The notes under the pieces were generated by a model. The model had not been told where the DNA came from, made no database searches, and saw only the letters and a list, made by a program, of their open reading frames with translations. Positions 1-12,980 of a stretch of 64,000 bases of DNA are shown one piece after another. Both the position numbers and the translations under genes were made by a program. The stretch spans positions 1,536,001-1,600,000 of the forward strand of contig CBDCCK010000002.1 of NCBI GenBank assembly GCA_965214835.1. The letters are read 5' to 3'. Position 1 is the first letter of the stretch. Each line of letters starts with the position of its first letter. Origin of the DNA: Nitrosopumilaceae archaeon. GTDB taxonomy: Archaea; Thermoproteota; Nitrososphaeria; Nitrososphaerales; Nitrosopumilaceae.

Positions 1-3784
<3,784 letters not shown>

Positions 3785-4425
3785 AGCCGTCTCTGGCGCG
3801 GCTCAGCAACGAAGCCTTCCCAGATCTGGATCATTAGACCTCATGCGTAATCGGTTCAAACCAAAAAAAACCAGGCAGCTTTTACGTCATTTTTGGCAAT
3901 TACGCATAAGGTCTAGTATGTGCGCCCAGCACCCCTGTATGTACTCGTATCTGCTGTGGTATTGCGCGTATCCATTGCAGGCCAGCGGCACCGAAAAGAA
4001 CCGATAGGACTCGTCGAGTATCGCTCACCCGCGCGTTGGTGCCACTTCGAGGGATCCTCACTAACAACTGTAGCCCACACGTGCGAGGATCTGCTGCCCG
4101 TCACCGGAAACGGCATTCTCGTCTATGTTCAGGCGCTTTGATCCGTCCAGATCCAACATGATCTGCTCGGAGCTCGACCCATGGGCCTTGAGGCCACCAT
4201 GATCGCGTTGCAGACGGCCGTCTTGCACAGGCAGCGCCAAGCAAGTTGAACCCCATTGACCACTGCAGGTCTGCGATGATCTTGTTCTTGTTGGACTTGG
4301 CTGTGGGGCGAGCCAGTTCATCGCGCAGTATCCCGGTCTCTGAATTAGCCAGTAAATACAGGTGCTGTAAGAACATGTGGATCCGGATGGTGATCAAAAA
4401 TTGGCCTTGTGCTCGGCCTAATCGA

Positions 4426-4830
4426 TTACCTGACATCATCAGGGTTAGTCGACCAAGGATCTATAGAATATGTTTCAGTTTGTCCATCAATTTTTAATTT
4501 CCACAAATTGATTAAATCTCTGCCTAAGAGAACATAGTTTTTTGGCATTGCAACCACCTCAAAACGATCAAACTTTATTTCTCCAATTTGTATGGCTACG
4601 AAATAATTGAAATGCTTTGATTTCATCCCGCTTACAGATTTCACAATCGTCTCTCCAGTCTTTTTCAGTTTCAGTGTGGTGACTAGGTAATCCGGTATTA
4701 CAGTATGGCTTGCACCTGTGTCGATTTTTCCTTTTTCTGGAAAAGACCTACCGTATTTATTCCATACAACTAGATCTAGGATCAGAGAGCTGGGGTTGTC
4801 ATTCCTGTCATGCCTAAATTGTAGTGTCAA
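4426..4830 (-). CDS. Retropepsin-like (clan AA) aspartyl protease
   Basis: Catalytic motif KIDTGASHTVIP and C-terminal VLLGRDLI. TTG start overlaps the upstream stop by 4 nt. Confidence 0.85.
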   Translation of the reverse strand: MTLQFRHDRNDNPSSLILDLVVWNKYGRSFPEKGKIDTGASHTVIPDYLVTTLKLKKTGETIVKSVSGMKSKHFNYFVAIQIGEIKFDRFEVVAMPKNYVLLGRDLINLWKLKIDGQTETYSIDPWSTNPDDVR

Positions 4831-5276
4831 TTGAATTCGGGAGTGTCTATTAGAATAACCTGCTTGTGGTCCGTAACCCTGTCTACGTACATGTCTACAT
4901 TGCCAAACTTATCATACATTTCGTCAATTAACGCGTTTCTCTTGTCTCCGATGGCTTGAAATTTCCCATTAACAAATGCGGCAAATTTATTTTTGTACTC
5001 GGGATTATCCAAATGGGATCTGAGAAAGCGTTCAAACGCATTTTTATTTTCTACATTTTCATTGTCTGATGGCCCGCCTGGAACTGCAAAAATATCCGTT
5101 TGTGGTTCTAACGATTCTTTGTGGCACCCATAATTACAGAAAGGCAACTCCTCTTCAAGCCAAATTTTTAGATCATGCGGGCGAATATCATGCTTGTCTA
5201 AATCCCACCGTATGACATCGTGGTCTTTTCTTTTACTAGATTCATCATCCAATCCGTTCCAAATTCGTTTAATCAA
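4827..5276 (-). CDS. Hypothetical protein with C-terminal DUF5678-like domain
   Basis: YKNKFAAFVNGKFQAIGDKRNALIDEMYDKFG resembles DUF5678, a family commonly found just upstream of retropepsin-like proteases. Overlaps both neighbours. Confidence 0.6.
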   Translation of the reverse strand: MIKRIWNGLDDESSKRKDHDVIRWDLDKHDIRPHDLKIWLEEELPFCNYGCHKESLEPQTDIFAVPGGPSDNENVENKNAFERFLRSHLDNPEYKNKFAAFVNGKFQAIGDKRNALIDEMYDKFGNVDMYVDRVTDHKQVILIDTPEFN

Positions 5277-5880
5277 TTATGTCATCACCAAACTTGTCTC
5301 GAAGATCCTGCATTTCAATTTTTAATGAGTTGGCTCCACTACTTAGTTTCTCGATGAATTTTTCTACCTCTTTTAACTCAAGCTGAAAGCTATATGTTTC
5401 ATCAATATTTGAGTAGTGAGTATGCACGCTTACAATCAAAGAGGGGATGACTTTTGTAATCCCGTTGTCTCCAGAGATGGGCCGGAACTCGGTTACAGTA
5501 TCGATCCCGTGAATGTGCGGGTGCCCAAATGACTTCAAAAATCTCGAGGTAACACTGGTAGATACTTTATCTAAATCAGTTTTATTGTGAATTTTTTTCA
5601 CAATCCCCCTTAACATGCTCTTTTTATCATTATCTAATTTTGACGTGTCGATGATTTTAAAAATTTGTTCCGGATTACGTTTTCCTATAGTGAAATTATA
5701 AAATGCATTTGCTAATCTCGGAATGTCATCTATCACAAAACCATTTCCTAAAATCTTTTCTAATTTAGACAGGTTTGGTTCCTTGTATGATATTTCGTCA
5801 CTAAAAAAATCACCAAGCTCAATAATTTTCTCGTTGGAAATTCTGTCAAAAACATCTAATTCAGATTGGGGATTAGACAC
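5269..5880 (-). CDS. Putative prokaryotic COMMD-like protein (helical N-domain plus COMM-like C-domain)
   Basis: 203 aa with a helical N-terminal part, then HPHIHGIDTVTEFRPIS..KVIPSLIVSVHT..ETYSFQLELKEVEKFIEKL (three strands plus a helix). ORF is solid; the family call is by pattern only. Confidence 0.55.
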   Translation of the reverse strand: MSNPQSELDVFDRISNEKIIELGDFFSDEISYKEPNLSKLEKILGNGFVIDDIPRLANAFYNFTIGKRNPEQIFKIIDTSKLDNDKKSMLRGIVKKIHNKTDLDKVSTSVTSRFLKSFGHPHIHGIDTVTEFRPISGDNGITKVIPSLIVSVHTHYSNIDETYSFQLELKEVEKFIEKLSSGANSLKIEMQDLRDKFGDDIID

Positions 5881-6450
5881 ACTTGTAAAAGACGATTAAT
5901 CCTTTAATACTTTGCCTATTCTTCCAGGTGAGTCTACTCCCCGGGCGACACTGCTGGCCGGAGCCTTCATGATCACGCCTACCACGTCGTGTCTTGGGGA
6001 ATGGGCAAGCTCTTACTCTTTCAGTTCTCCCAGAAGTTCCCCATAAAACGGTCAAGTTCGAAACAACTCAAGTCAAGTGCCTGCAGATCCTTATGTCACA
6101 ATCTGCACCGCCACGAATCGGGTTGCATCCGTGAAGATTGTGCAATCCAAAACAATTTCAAGCCGACGCATCCACATACAGAGCGAGCATCCTGATGAGA
6201 CCAGAATTTGAGGGGGGATTTCATCGTCTGGGAGCCGTGAAAAACGCATAAAGGTCTGTTGTTTCTACCCCTGCTGTAGGACATAACCCGGGGCGCCGTG
6301 TTTTCCGCCCGGCTTTTGCATTTGGTTTTTTGGCGCATTTGGGCAGCTGAGAATGGATGGGATCTTGGTAGGAAGTATGAGGCACGGCTACATGCGGGGC
6401 ACAGATGGCACGCGCTAATTCAACAAGGGCACCTCACATCAATCTCTGGA

Positions 6451-6672
6451 TTACAGCTTCAAAAACGACTTTGAGGCCAGCCTTACGTCTTCTGCCTTGA
6501 CGGTCTTTCTGCCTGCATGAATCGACATCTCCACCGCATTCTTTGCTATACCTGAGGCGGCATCCTCGATTACCCTTCTCAGCTCGTCTGCGGACTCGTC
6601 GCTCACCCTGCTTGCGCCTGCCTTTTTGAGAATCCTGTACATCGCAGACAGTCCGAGCTCAGATGACTTCAT
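6451..6672 (-). CDS. Archaeal histone (HMf-like histone fold)
   Basis: 73 aa from ATG at 6672: MYRILKKAGASRVSDESADELRR...HAGRKTVKAEDVRLA. Confidence 0.93.
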   Translation of the reverse strand: MKSSELGLSAMYRILKKAGASRVSDESADELRRVIEDAASGIAKNAVEMSIHAGRKTVKAEDVRLASKSFLKL

Positions 6673-6776
6673 TGCCTGATACCTTCCATTTTGGGGATAA
6701 AACGTACTGAGTGAAAAAATACCACAAAGGAATCGATTAATACAGACTATTTTAGGGGGCGATCCCAAGCCGTATC

Positions 6777-7544
6777 ATGGCTTGGCAGTTTGACGCCCAC
6801 ATCCACCTGTCTGATCCCGCATATGCGCAGGACATGGCCTTTACCCTGGCGGGCATGGCAAAGATGCAAATCAAGGCCTGCTGCGTCTCTGTGGACAATG
6901 AAACCTCCATGCAGACGTTGAGCCTTGCCAAAAAAAGCGACCTGGTGCTGCCGTTTATAGGCATCCACCCAGAGATGGCCGGCGATGATCTGGACTCTAT
7001 GGCATCGAAAATACACCGGCACCATGACGCCCTTTCGGGAATCGGAGAGATTGGACTGGATCCATCATACGCGGACTCGGAGCCCGGCTCAAGGCGACAG
7101 ATGCTGGTCTTTGAGACGCTGCTTTCTCTGGCCGAAAAATACGACAAGCCCGTATCGATTCACTCCAGAAGGTCGCTGGATGAGATTTACAGGATTCTTC
7201 CGTCATACTCTGTTCGGGGAAAGCTGCTTCACTGGTTTGATGGTAGCAAAAGGCAGCTGCGGCAGGCAATGGATCTTGGCTGCTATGTCTCCTTTGGACC
7301 GGTGATGGTGTATGCAGGCGACAAGCAAGCCCTGCTGAAAAAGGCAGACCCTGAAAGGATCCTGGTTGAGACCGACGGTCCGGTCCCCTTTTCAAGGTGC
7401 TTTGAGCGCAAGCCTGCACAGATCAGCTTTATCCCAAGCGTGGTATTTTGCGCATCAAAGGTACTTGGGATGTCATATGAGCAGGCCTCCTCCGTGCTGA
7501 GTGAGAACTCGGCCCGCTATCTTGGCATGTGTGGGCCAGGTTGA
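6777..7544 (+). CDS. tatD: TatD family deoxyribonuclease
   Basis: DAHIHL, GIHP, GIGEIGLD, SIHSR, LLHWF and ETDGP motifs. Confidence 0.93.
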   Translation: MAWQFDAHIHLSDPAYAQDMAFTLAGMAKMQIKACCVSVDNETSMQTLSLAKKSDLVLPFIGIHPEMAGDDLDSMASKIHRHHDALSGIGEIGLDPSYADSEPGSRRQMLVFETLLSLAEKYDKPVSIHSRRSLDEIYRILPSYSVRGKLLHWFDGSKRQLRQAMDLGCYVSFGPVMVYAGDKQALLKKADPERILVETDGPVPFSRCFERKPAQISFIPSVVFCASKVLGMSYEQASSVLSENSARYLGMCGPG

Positions 7545-7709
7545 AGGCCCGGGCCTATGGGCGCCATGGCCATCACCCGGAGAAGACAGTCGGGCAGGAA
7601 GCAGGAGAACCTGCCGGTGCCCGAGCGGCTCATCGACTTTTCTGCCAACATGCCCGGAACAGATTCAGACTATAGCAACGAGCAGAAGTCTTTGAGTCAA
7701 AACAGGATC

Positions 7710-7750
7710 GTACGAGGTCATGAAACTGGTTTAGGAACGTGACCTCGTAC
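7710..7750. mobile_element. 41-bp minimal IS66-type MITE or footprint (family B ends)
   Basis: GTACGAGGTCA-19nt-TGACCTCGTAC perfect inverted repeat, matching the ends at 52449/52542 and the IS66 at 8852. No TSD. Confidence 0.55.
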
Positions 7751-7881
7751 AGGTTTGCGCGCGTCCAGATCCGCGTCGGCGGCTGCGACGTCAAGGCGTA
7801 CGGGTATCACGCAGTCGTCGGGGGAAGGAGCATGGACGAGATACTGGCGGCAGTCTCCAAGCTGAAAAGGTACGTAAGGAA

Positions 7882-8280
7882 ATGAACCTCTCCTCCGAAT
7901 ACCTGGCAATCTTCCTTGCGGCCGGCGTCATCGTCCCCGTCGTGCTGGCGGCGGCATTCAGCTCCGGGCAGTTTGACATTGACCGGCTTGACCTGCAGGT
8001 GAGCGCCGAGGCCAGGCGCCTGTCCCTGTCAGGCGACGTGCTCCTGAGCTATTCGCTGCACAACATCGGCAACGTGGACATAACCGGCCTGTCTGTCAGC
8101 ACCCCGTCTGACCTGGCAGTGGATCAGCCGGATTCCAGCCTACCAGCAGGAAAATCGTCCGGACTGATATCGGGAATAGTGGACGGCGCCGAAGGGGCCA
8201 CGCACGTGACCCTCATAGTGGATGCGTCGGGGACCGACGGCAGCACCATAGTCAGGACCAAGGTAGTCGAGATACGGTGA
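7882..8280 (+). CDS. Small membrane-anchored protein, possibly archaeal pilin-like
   Basis: N-terminal LSSEYLAIFLAAGVIVPVVLAAAF hydrophobic helix and a beta-rich domain with YSLHNIGNVDITGLSV. Confidence 0.5.
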   Translation: MNLSSEYLAIFLAAGVIVPVVLAAAFSSGQFDIDRLDLQVSAEARRLSLSGDVLLSYSLHNIGNVDITGLSVSTPSDLAVDQPDSSLPAGKSSGLISGIVDGAEGATHVTLIVDASGTDGSTIVRTKVVEIR

Positions 8281-8436
8281 GCCCGTCCCCGCCTGCATGC
8301 CGGACAAGAAAATCAGGATTCCGGCCGCAGATCGGATCGAAGATCGCCCACCCCTCTCCCGACCGTGGGGTACGTTCCCAGCACCGGCGCGCAAGAAACG
8401 ACAAACCCTTAATTATTCAAGGGTGGAAGGCAGAAC

Positions 8437-8646
8437 ATGAAGACGGTTCAGGTCTACAACGTCAAAGTCACAGAACATTCTGAGGGGTTTACTGGGCAGT
8501 GTCTGGAACTTCCGGGGGCAATTAGCGAAGGAAAGACCCTAGGTGAACTACAGGCCAACATGAAGGAAGCCGTAGATCTGGTTTTAGAAGAGATTGAAAG
8601 ATCCTCCAAATCAGGAACGATTACCATCGAAATAGTTCGAGACTAG
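8437..8646 (+). CDS. hicB: HicB-like antitoxin (type II TA)
   Basis: GFTGQCLELPGAISEGKTLGELQANMKEAVDLVLE pattern, directly upstream of HicA. Confidence 0.88.
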   Translation: MKTVQVYNVKVTEHSEGFTGQCLELPGAISEGKTLGELQANMKEAVDLVLEEIERSSKSGTITIEIVRD

Positions 8647-8649
8647 GCA

Positions 8650-8925
8650 ATGAGTCTGTACAACCATGATTGGCGCAAGGTCATAAGAGCTCTGGGCAGG
8701 TTCGGCTTTGTGGTGACAAGGCAGAGAGGGAGTCACCTGATTTTGAAAAAAGACGGAAAAATAATCTCCGTTCCAAGACACTCTCCAATCGCAATGCCAA
8801 CACTGCGCAGCATTCTTGCCCAAGCTGGAATCCCAGAAGATGACTTTGTAAGTATGAGGTCACCTACCCCTCACAATAGGGTAAACATTACTGACGGTGC
8901 TGATCCTTATACTATGATCGCGTAG
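8650..8925 (+). CDS. hicA: HicA-like toxin with its C-terminus replaced by IS66 read-through
   Basis: FVVTRQRGSHLILKK..ISVPRH..TLRSILAQAGI. The native end (FVRLL*) lies at 10488-10505, beyond the IS. Confidence 0.88.
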   Translation: MSLYNHDWRKVIRALGRFGFVVTRQRGSHLILKKDGKIISVPRHSPIAMPTLRSILAQAGIPEDDFVSMRSPTPHNRVNITDGADPYTMIA

Positions 8926-10486
8926 ACTAGGCATTGTGAAAGGTCAGCTCTCCGCATGCTACGAGATCAAGGCATCTACAGCATCGCCCACGGAGACGAT
9001 AAAGAATCTAAAAAAGGACCTCAAGGAGCGTGACAATATCATTGAGGAGCAGGGCAGGACCATTGAAAGGCTAAACAAGACACTTGAAAAGCGCGACAAG
9101 ACCATCAGGGAGCAGGACAACCGGCTCCGGTACTACGAGAACGAGAACTCGCCCCCGTCGGCAGACTCGCTGGAGTGGAAGAGGCAAAAGGCGCAGAGGA
9201 GAAAGGAGAGGGCCCGGCCCGATGCTGCAGCCGGGGATGACGGCACCGGGGAGGACAGAAAAAAGCCCGGCGGCCAGAAGGGCCACAAGGGCGTATCGCG
9301 CACCCACCGGCCCACTAGGGTACAGAAACACTGCTTTCCGGGTGGACGGGCGCCGGAGTGCAAGTGCGGCACCACCACAGAGATCATGAAAAAGCCGCAG
9401 GTGCGCGACATGATAGGATTCAAGATAAAGTACACCGAGACGCGCCACGAGACACAGAGGGCAGTGTGCCCGAAATGCGGCACCATGCATACTGCCCCCG
9501 ACGGCCTGCCCCGACGCGGCAGCTATGACACGAGCGTGGTCACAGCCGTCACAAAGCTGCGCAGCGAGGGCGTCCCACACAACAGGATCCCGGGTATAAT
9601 GTCAGATATCCTGGGCGTGCACATGTCAAAGTCAACTGCAATCAACAGCATAGGACGCGTCTGCGACGCCGCAAAGGCGCCTGCCGAGGCCATCGCAGAG
9701 GAGGTAAGAAGCTCAAAGACCGTCTGCATAGACGAGACGGGGATCAACCTGGCAGGCAGGCTGGGATGGGCGTGGGCCATGCTGTCGGCGGTGGGCGTGT
9801 TCATGATATATGCAGACACCAGGAGCGCCCGGATCCTGGACCAGTACATGGGCGGGTACGGGGGCGTCGTCACATCGGACGGATATCCCGCATACAAGAG
9901 GTTCGGGCTGCTGGGAAGGCTCCAGCGGTGCTGGGCGCACGAGCTGCGGTTCCTCCTGTATGGCTCGCAGAAAAAGGGCGCCCTGCTGTTTGCAGGAGTC
10001 CTGTACCGGCAGATGCAGCAGCTGTTCAAGGATGCCAGGGAGTGTCTTGAGGGCTGGGACAAGCTGTCCGGGGAGGATCTCCGGGAGCTCGAGGAGAGGA
10101 CGGGGATAAGCAGTGCCGACGGACTGATGGGGCGGCACTCGCCGGAGCTGCGCCGGCGGTTTGAGACCAACATGCAGAACATGCTGTTCGGATACGTTGA
10201 TGCATGGGGCGGCCCGCTGGAGCCCCTTCTCAAGAGGATGCACAGGGCCCTGCCGTGCATGTTTGCGTTTCTGGAATACGAGGGTGTCGAGCCGACCAAC
10301 AATGGTGCAGAGCGGGCGCTGCGCCCCGTCGTACTTCAATTCAAGATAAGCGGCCAGATCAAGGGCGGCCTGGTCTGGACGGAGAGGCATGGATGGCTCA
10401 ATACATGCGTGTCGACATGGAAGCTGCAGGGCAAGTCCATCATGGATGAGGTGGCCAAAATAATCTAGGGGTAGGTGACCACATAC
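8852..10486 (+). mobile_element. Intact IS66-family element (single-ORF, ISBst12-like organisation)
   Basis: TIRs GTATGAGGTCACCTACCCCT / AGGGGTAGGTGACCACATAC; 8-bp TSD CTTTGTAA at 8844-8851 and 10487-10494. Confidence 0.95.
8936..10468 (+). CDS. IS66 family transposase (TnpC-like)
   Basis: Coiled coil, NSPPS, Cys zinc finger, DETG, TSDGYPAY, QRCWAH and EPTNNGAERALRPVV motifs. Confidence 0.95.
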   Translation: MKGQLSACYEIKASTASPTETIKNLKKDLKERDNIIEEQGRTIERLNKTLEKRDKTIREQDNRLRYYENENSPPSADSLEWKRQKAQRRKERARPDAAAGDDGTGEDRKKPGGQKGHKGVSRTHRPTRVQKHCFPGGRAPECKCGTTTEIMKKPQVRDMIGFKIKYTETRHETQRAVCPKCGTMHTAPDGLPRRGSYDTSVVTAVTKLRSEGVPHNRIPGIMSDILGVHMSKSTAINSIGRVCDAAKAPAEAIAEEVRSSKTVCIDETGINLAGRLGWAWAMLSAVGVFMIYADTRSARILDQYMGGYGGVVTSDGYPAYKRFGLLGRLQRCWAHELRFLLYGSQKKGALLFAGVLYRQMQQLFKDARECLEGWDKLSGEDLRELEERTGISSADGLMGRHSPELRRRFETNMQNMLFGYVDAWGGPLEPLLKRMHRALPCMFAFLEYEGVEPTNNGAERALRPVVLQFKISGQIKGGLVWTERHGWLNTCVSTWKLQGKSIMDEVAKII

Positions 10487-11170
10487 CTTTGTAAGACTCT
10501 TGTAATCTTTTTCTGTGACCGAACCATCTTTTCTGCCGCCATCACGCCGTACTTGAAATCCCAGCCAAGTGAAACGTGCCAAAAATCGGGCAAAACCGAG
10601 GCCGGACGGGAGGGCACGGCGTCCCGGCAACAAGACAAAAGCGGCAACCCGTCACGTCTTATCTGACAGGATGCCATCGCGTTTTTTTCGATGTCTTACC
10701 CTGCCGTGCGACTGTACGAGGAATTTCAGGATGCTCTGATCATTGGCGTATATGTACCGAACTGTTTTTTCAAGACTGGATTCGGTTCTTTGCGCCATGG
10801 CCGTATGCGGTACTGGCGCCACTGCCGGTTATAACTTGTTCGGGGGAAGGTCCTGTCAACTCATGGCGCAACCGTTCCCGGCGTTGACCGCCGGGTGATG
10901 CAGGAGGGTGTGGCGGCTGTCCAGCTTTTGAATCCTCCGTTTCTGCGTTTATTAACAAAACCCTGTTTGGGATGGCACGTCAGATGGAGATATCCACGGC
11001 GACGCCAGGCCTGCCACGTCAAGGCTGTGGTGGGTCGCGCACGTGTTCTTCTGGGTGATATCGGGGCTGGTATGCTATCTTGTGTGGAAGGAACGCAACA
11101 ATGATGCCGTAAAAAAACACCTCATCCACTTGCTATGGATTCCGATTGTCATTTACGGAGTCTTGATGGT

Positions 11171-11288
11171 GTAACAGGTTAGCCCCTGCCTAGGTAGCAA
11201 TCAGGCGCGAATCTGCCTGCAGTTGTGATTTTCATGCCTGTCCGGCAAGGGACGCAACTCCAACTCTAGGCAGGGGCTAACCTGTTAC
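11171..11288. mobile_element. 118-bp MITE, family A
   Basis: 23-bp perfect TIR GTAACAGGTTAGCCCCTGCCTAG; near-identical inverted copy at 41430-41547. Confidence 0.9.
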
Positions 11289-11568
11289 TATTTGATGCGT
11301 TGCTCGAGCTGCCTGTTTTCTGCCGTCAGCGCCGCGATTTGTGCGGCAGAGGCGGCCCTGTCGGATTCGCATCCTGCCTTCTCGGCGGCAAGATCCTCCT
11401 GCGTCTTCTGAAGCTTGCCTTGCGTCTTCTGATGCTCCGCTTTTTCGCGGGCAAGCTCCCTGTATAGTGCCTTGAATTCCGAGGTTGTATGCATGTATTT
11501 TCTTGGTATTGATAGTTTATAGATCAGACGGTTGCAAAAAATTAACTAGGCAGGGGCTATCCTATTAT
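11289..11568 (-). pseudogene. IS66 left-end remnant (TIR plus transposase N-terminus)
   Basis: ORF 11288-11494 (coiled coil ending QLEQRIK) is homologous to 52584-53010; family-A-like TIR at 11546-11568. Confidence 0.75.
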
Positions 11569-11672
11569 CTATGTGTCGTGTTTATAAGGATTCCACGCGC
11601 AACTGGGTTGTGAGGCATGGCCTTGGCTGGGGGTCTTTCCTGACAATCACAAGATGAAGGTCGGACATTTAT

Positions 11673-11753
11673 CTATACGAGGATCTCCCTCAGCACCATT
11701 CTTCATCCATTTATTAGAACTGTTCTGCAGTTACTAAACGAGGATCTCCCTCA
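11673..11753. repeat. 20-bp direct repeat pair downstream of the IS110 transposase
   Basis: CTATACGAGGATCTCCCTCA (11673-11692) and CTAAACGAGGATCTCCCTCA (11734-11753), 19/20 identical, period 61. Confidence 0.85.
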
Positions 11754-11876
11754 ACTAGGATAACGCAGATTAAAGTTCTAACCGTAATGATGACGACACT
11801 CATTTCACATATCCCAATGCATGGCGGATCGCCGGGAGGGCGGCAGGGCAGGAGGTGAGACAACAGCACGTCTCCT

Positions 11877-12980
11877 TTACGCACCCCCTATGCACTGATT
11901 GAAGGTCATCTGCTTCTTTAGCATCCAGTATGATATGCGCAGCAGCTTGGATGCGGCAGCCACCGTAGCCTTGGACCTTCCTCTCCTCTTTGCAAGCCTC
12001 TTGTAAAAGACAGATACCGGCGAGCCTGGCGGCGCGTATCTTACGTGGCTGTGCACCGACTCCACCAGGAACCATCTCATCATGGGGCTGCCCCTCTTTG
12101 TTATCCTGCCATAGTGGACGGTGTCTGCAGAGTTTCTCACCGATGACACCAGTCCTGCATACGCGCACAGCTTGTGCGAGTCGGCAAACCTGTCAACGCC
12201 GTCTATCTCCGATGCAACAGTCAGCGCGGTGTACCTGCCAAATCCCGGAGTCGACGACAGCAAGACGGCATCCGGGCTGTCGGCTATTGCGTCCTTGATG
12301 CGCAGATCAGCGCGTGCCATCCTGTCGTTTATAGAGTCAATTATGCCCAGCCTGTCATCTATCCTAAAATTGCCCAGCCTTCTCACCCTTGAGATCCACG
12401 GTGCCGAGAACGGGTCTCCTCTTATCTGTATCCTGTTTTGCAGCAGTATTGCGTGTATCTGGTTCTTTAGTATGGTTCTTGACTGCACCATCTTTGCGCG
12501 GTGCCTAGTCAGCTGCCTGTTCTGTACCGTCTTGCTAGATGGAGCATAGCACGCAGATATGTATCCTCCCCTGAGAAGATCTGCCAGGATCTGCGCGTCT
12601 ACCTTGTCGGTCTTTTTCTTTGACGTTGCAATGACCTTGGTCTCAAACGGGTTTGAGAGGATCACGTCTTGCTTGAGATCGTCTGCAATGAACCTGAACA
12701 GCCCGTACCACACGGAGGACGACTCCATGACGCACTTGGCGTTCTCCGGGATCCTTGCAAACGCCTTCCTTATCTCGCTGTCCCTGTTGCGGATTCTTGT
12801 GTTGCTCAGCACCTTGCCGTCCTTGTCCATCACTGCAATCTGGATGGACTCCTTGTGCACGTCCAGGCCGACATACTGCTGTTGCACCGCCTTTTTCATA
12901 CGTATCCTTTTTTTTGAGGCAATCTGTTTGTTTGCATTGCCTTTTATTCTGGCACCATCTGAATTTCGTTTTTGAGGCAC
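11877..12980 (-). CDS. IS110 family transposase (DEDD RuvC-like recombinase); true start may be the ATG at 12899
   Basis: YVGLDVHK, MESS, KTDKVDAQILA, TPGFG, AYAGLVSSVRNSA, ITKRGSPMMRWFLVE and KATVAAASKLL motifs. Confidence 0.95.
   Translation of the reverse strand: MPQKRNSDGARIKGNANKQIASKKRIRMKKAVQQQYVGLDVHKESIQIAVMDKDGKVLSNTRIRNRDSEIRKAFARIPENAKCVMESSSVWYGLFRFIADDLKQDVILSNPFETKVIATSKKKTDKVDAQILADLLRGGYISACYAPSSKTVQNRQLTRHRAKMVQSRTILKNQIHAILLQNRIQIRGDPFSAPWISRVRRLGNFRIDDRLGIIDSINDRMARADLRIKDAIADSPDAVLLSSTPGFGRYTALTVASEIDGVDRFADSHKLCAYAGLVSSVRNSADTVHYGRITKRGSPMMRWFLVESVHSHVRYAPPGSPVSVFYKRLAKRRGRSKATVAAASKLLRISYWMLKKQMTFNQCIGGA

Noticed and set aside
6673-6768. N-terminal tail on the histone (105-aa ORF call)
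   Set aside because: The extension covers the divergent promoter region; ATG 6672 gives a canonical 73-aa histone.
11673-11753. Repeat-spacer-repeat as a CRISPR or TIGR array
   Set aside because: Only two 20-bp copies and no third at the same period; kept only as an IS110-end feature.
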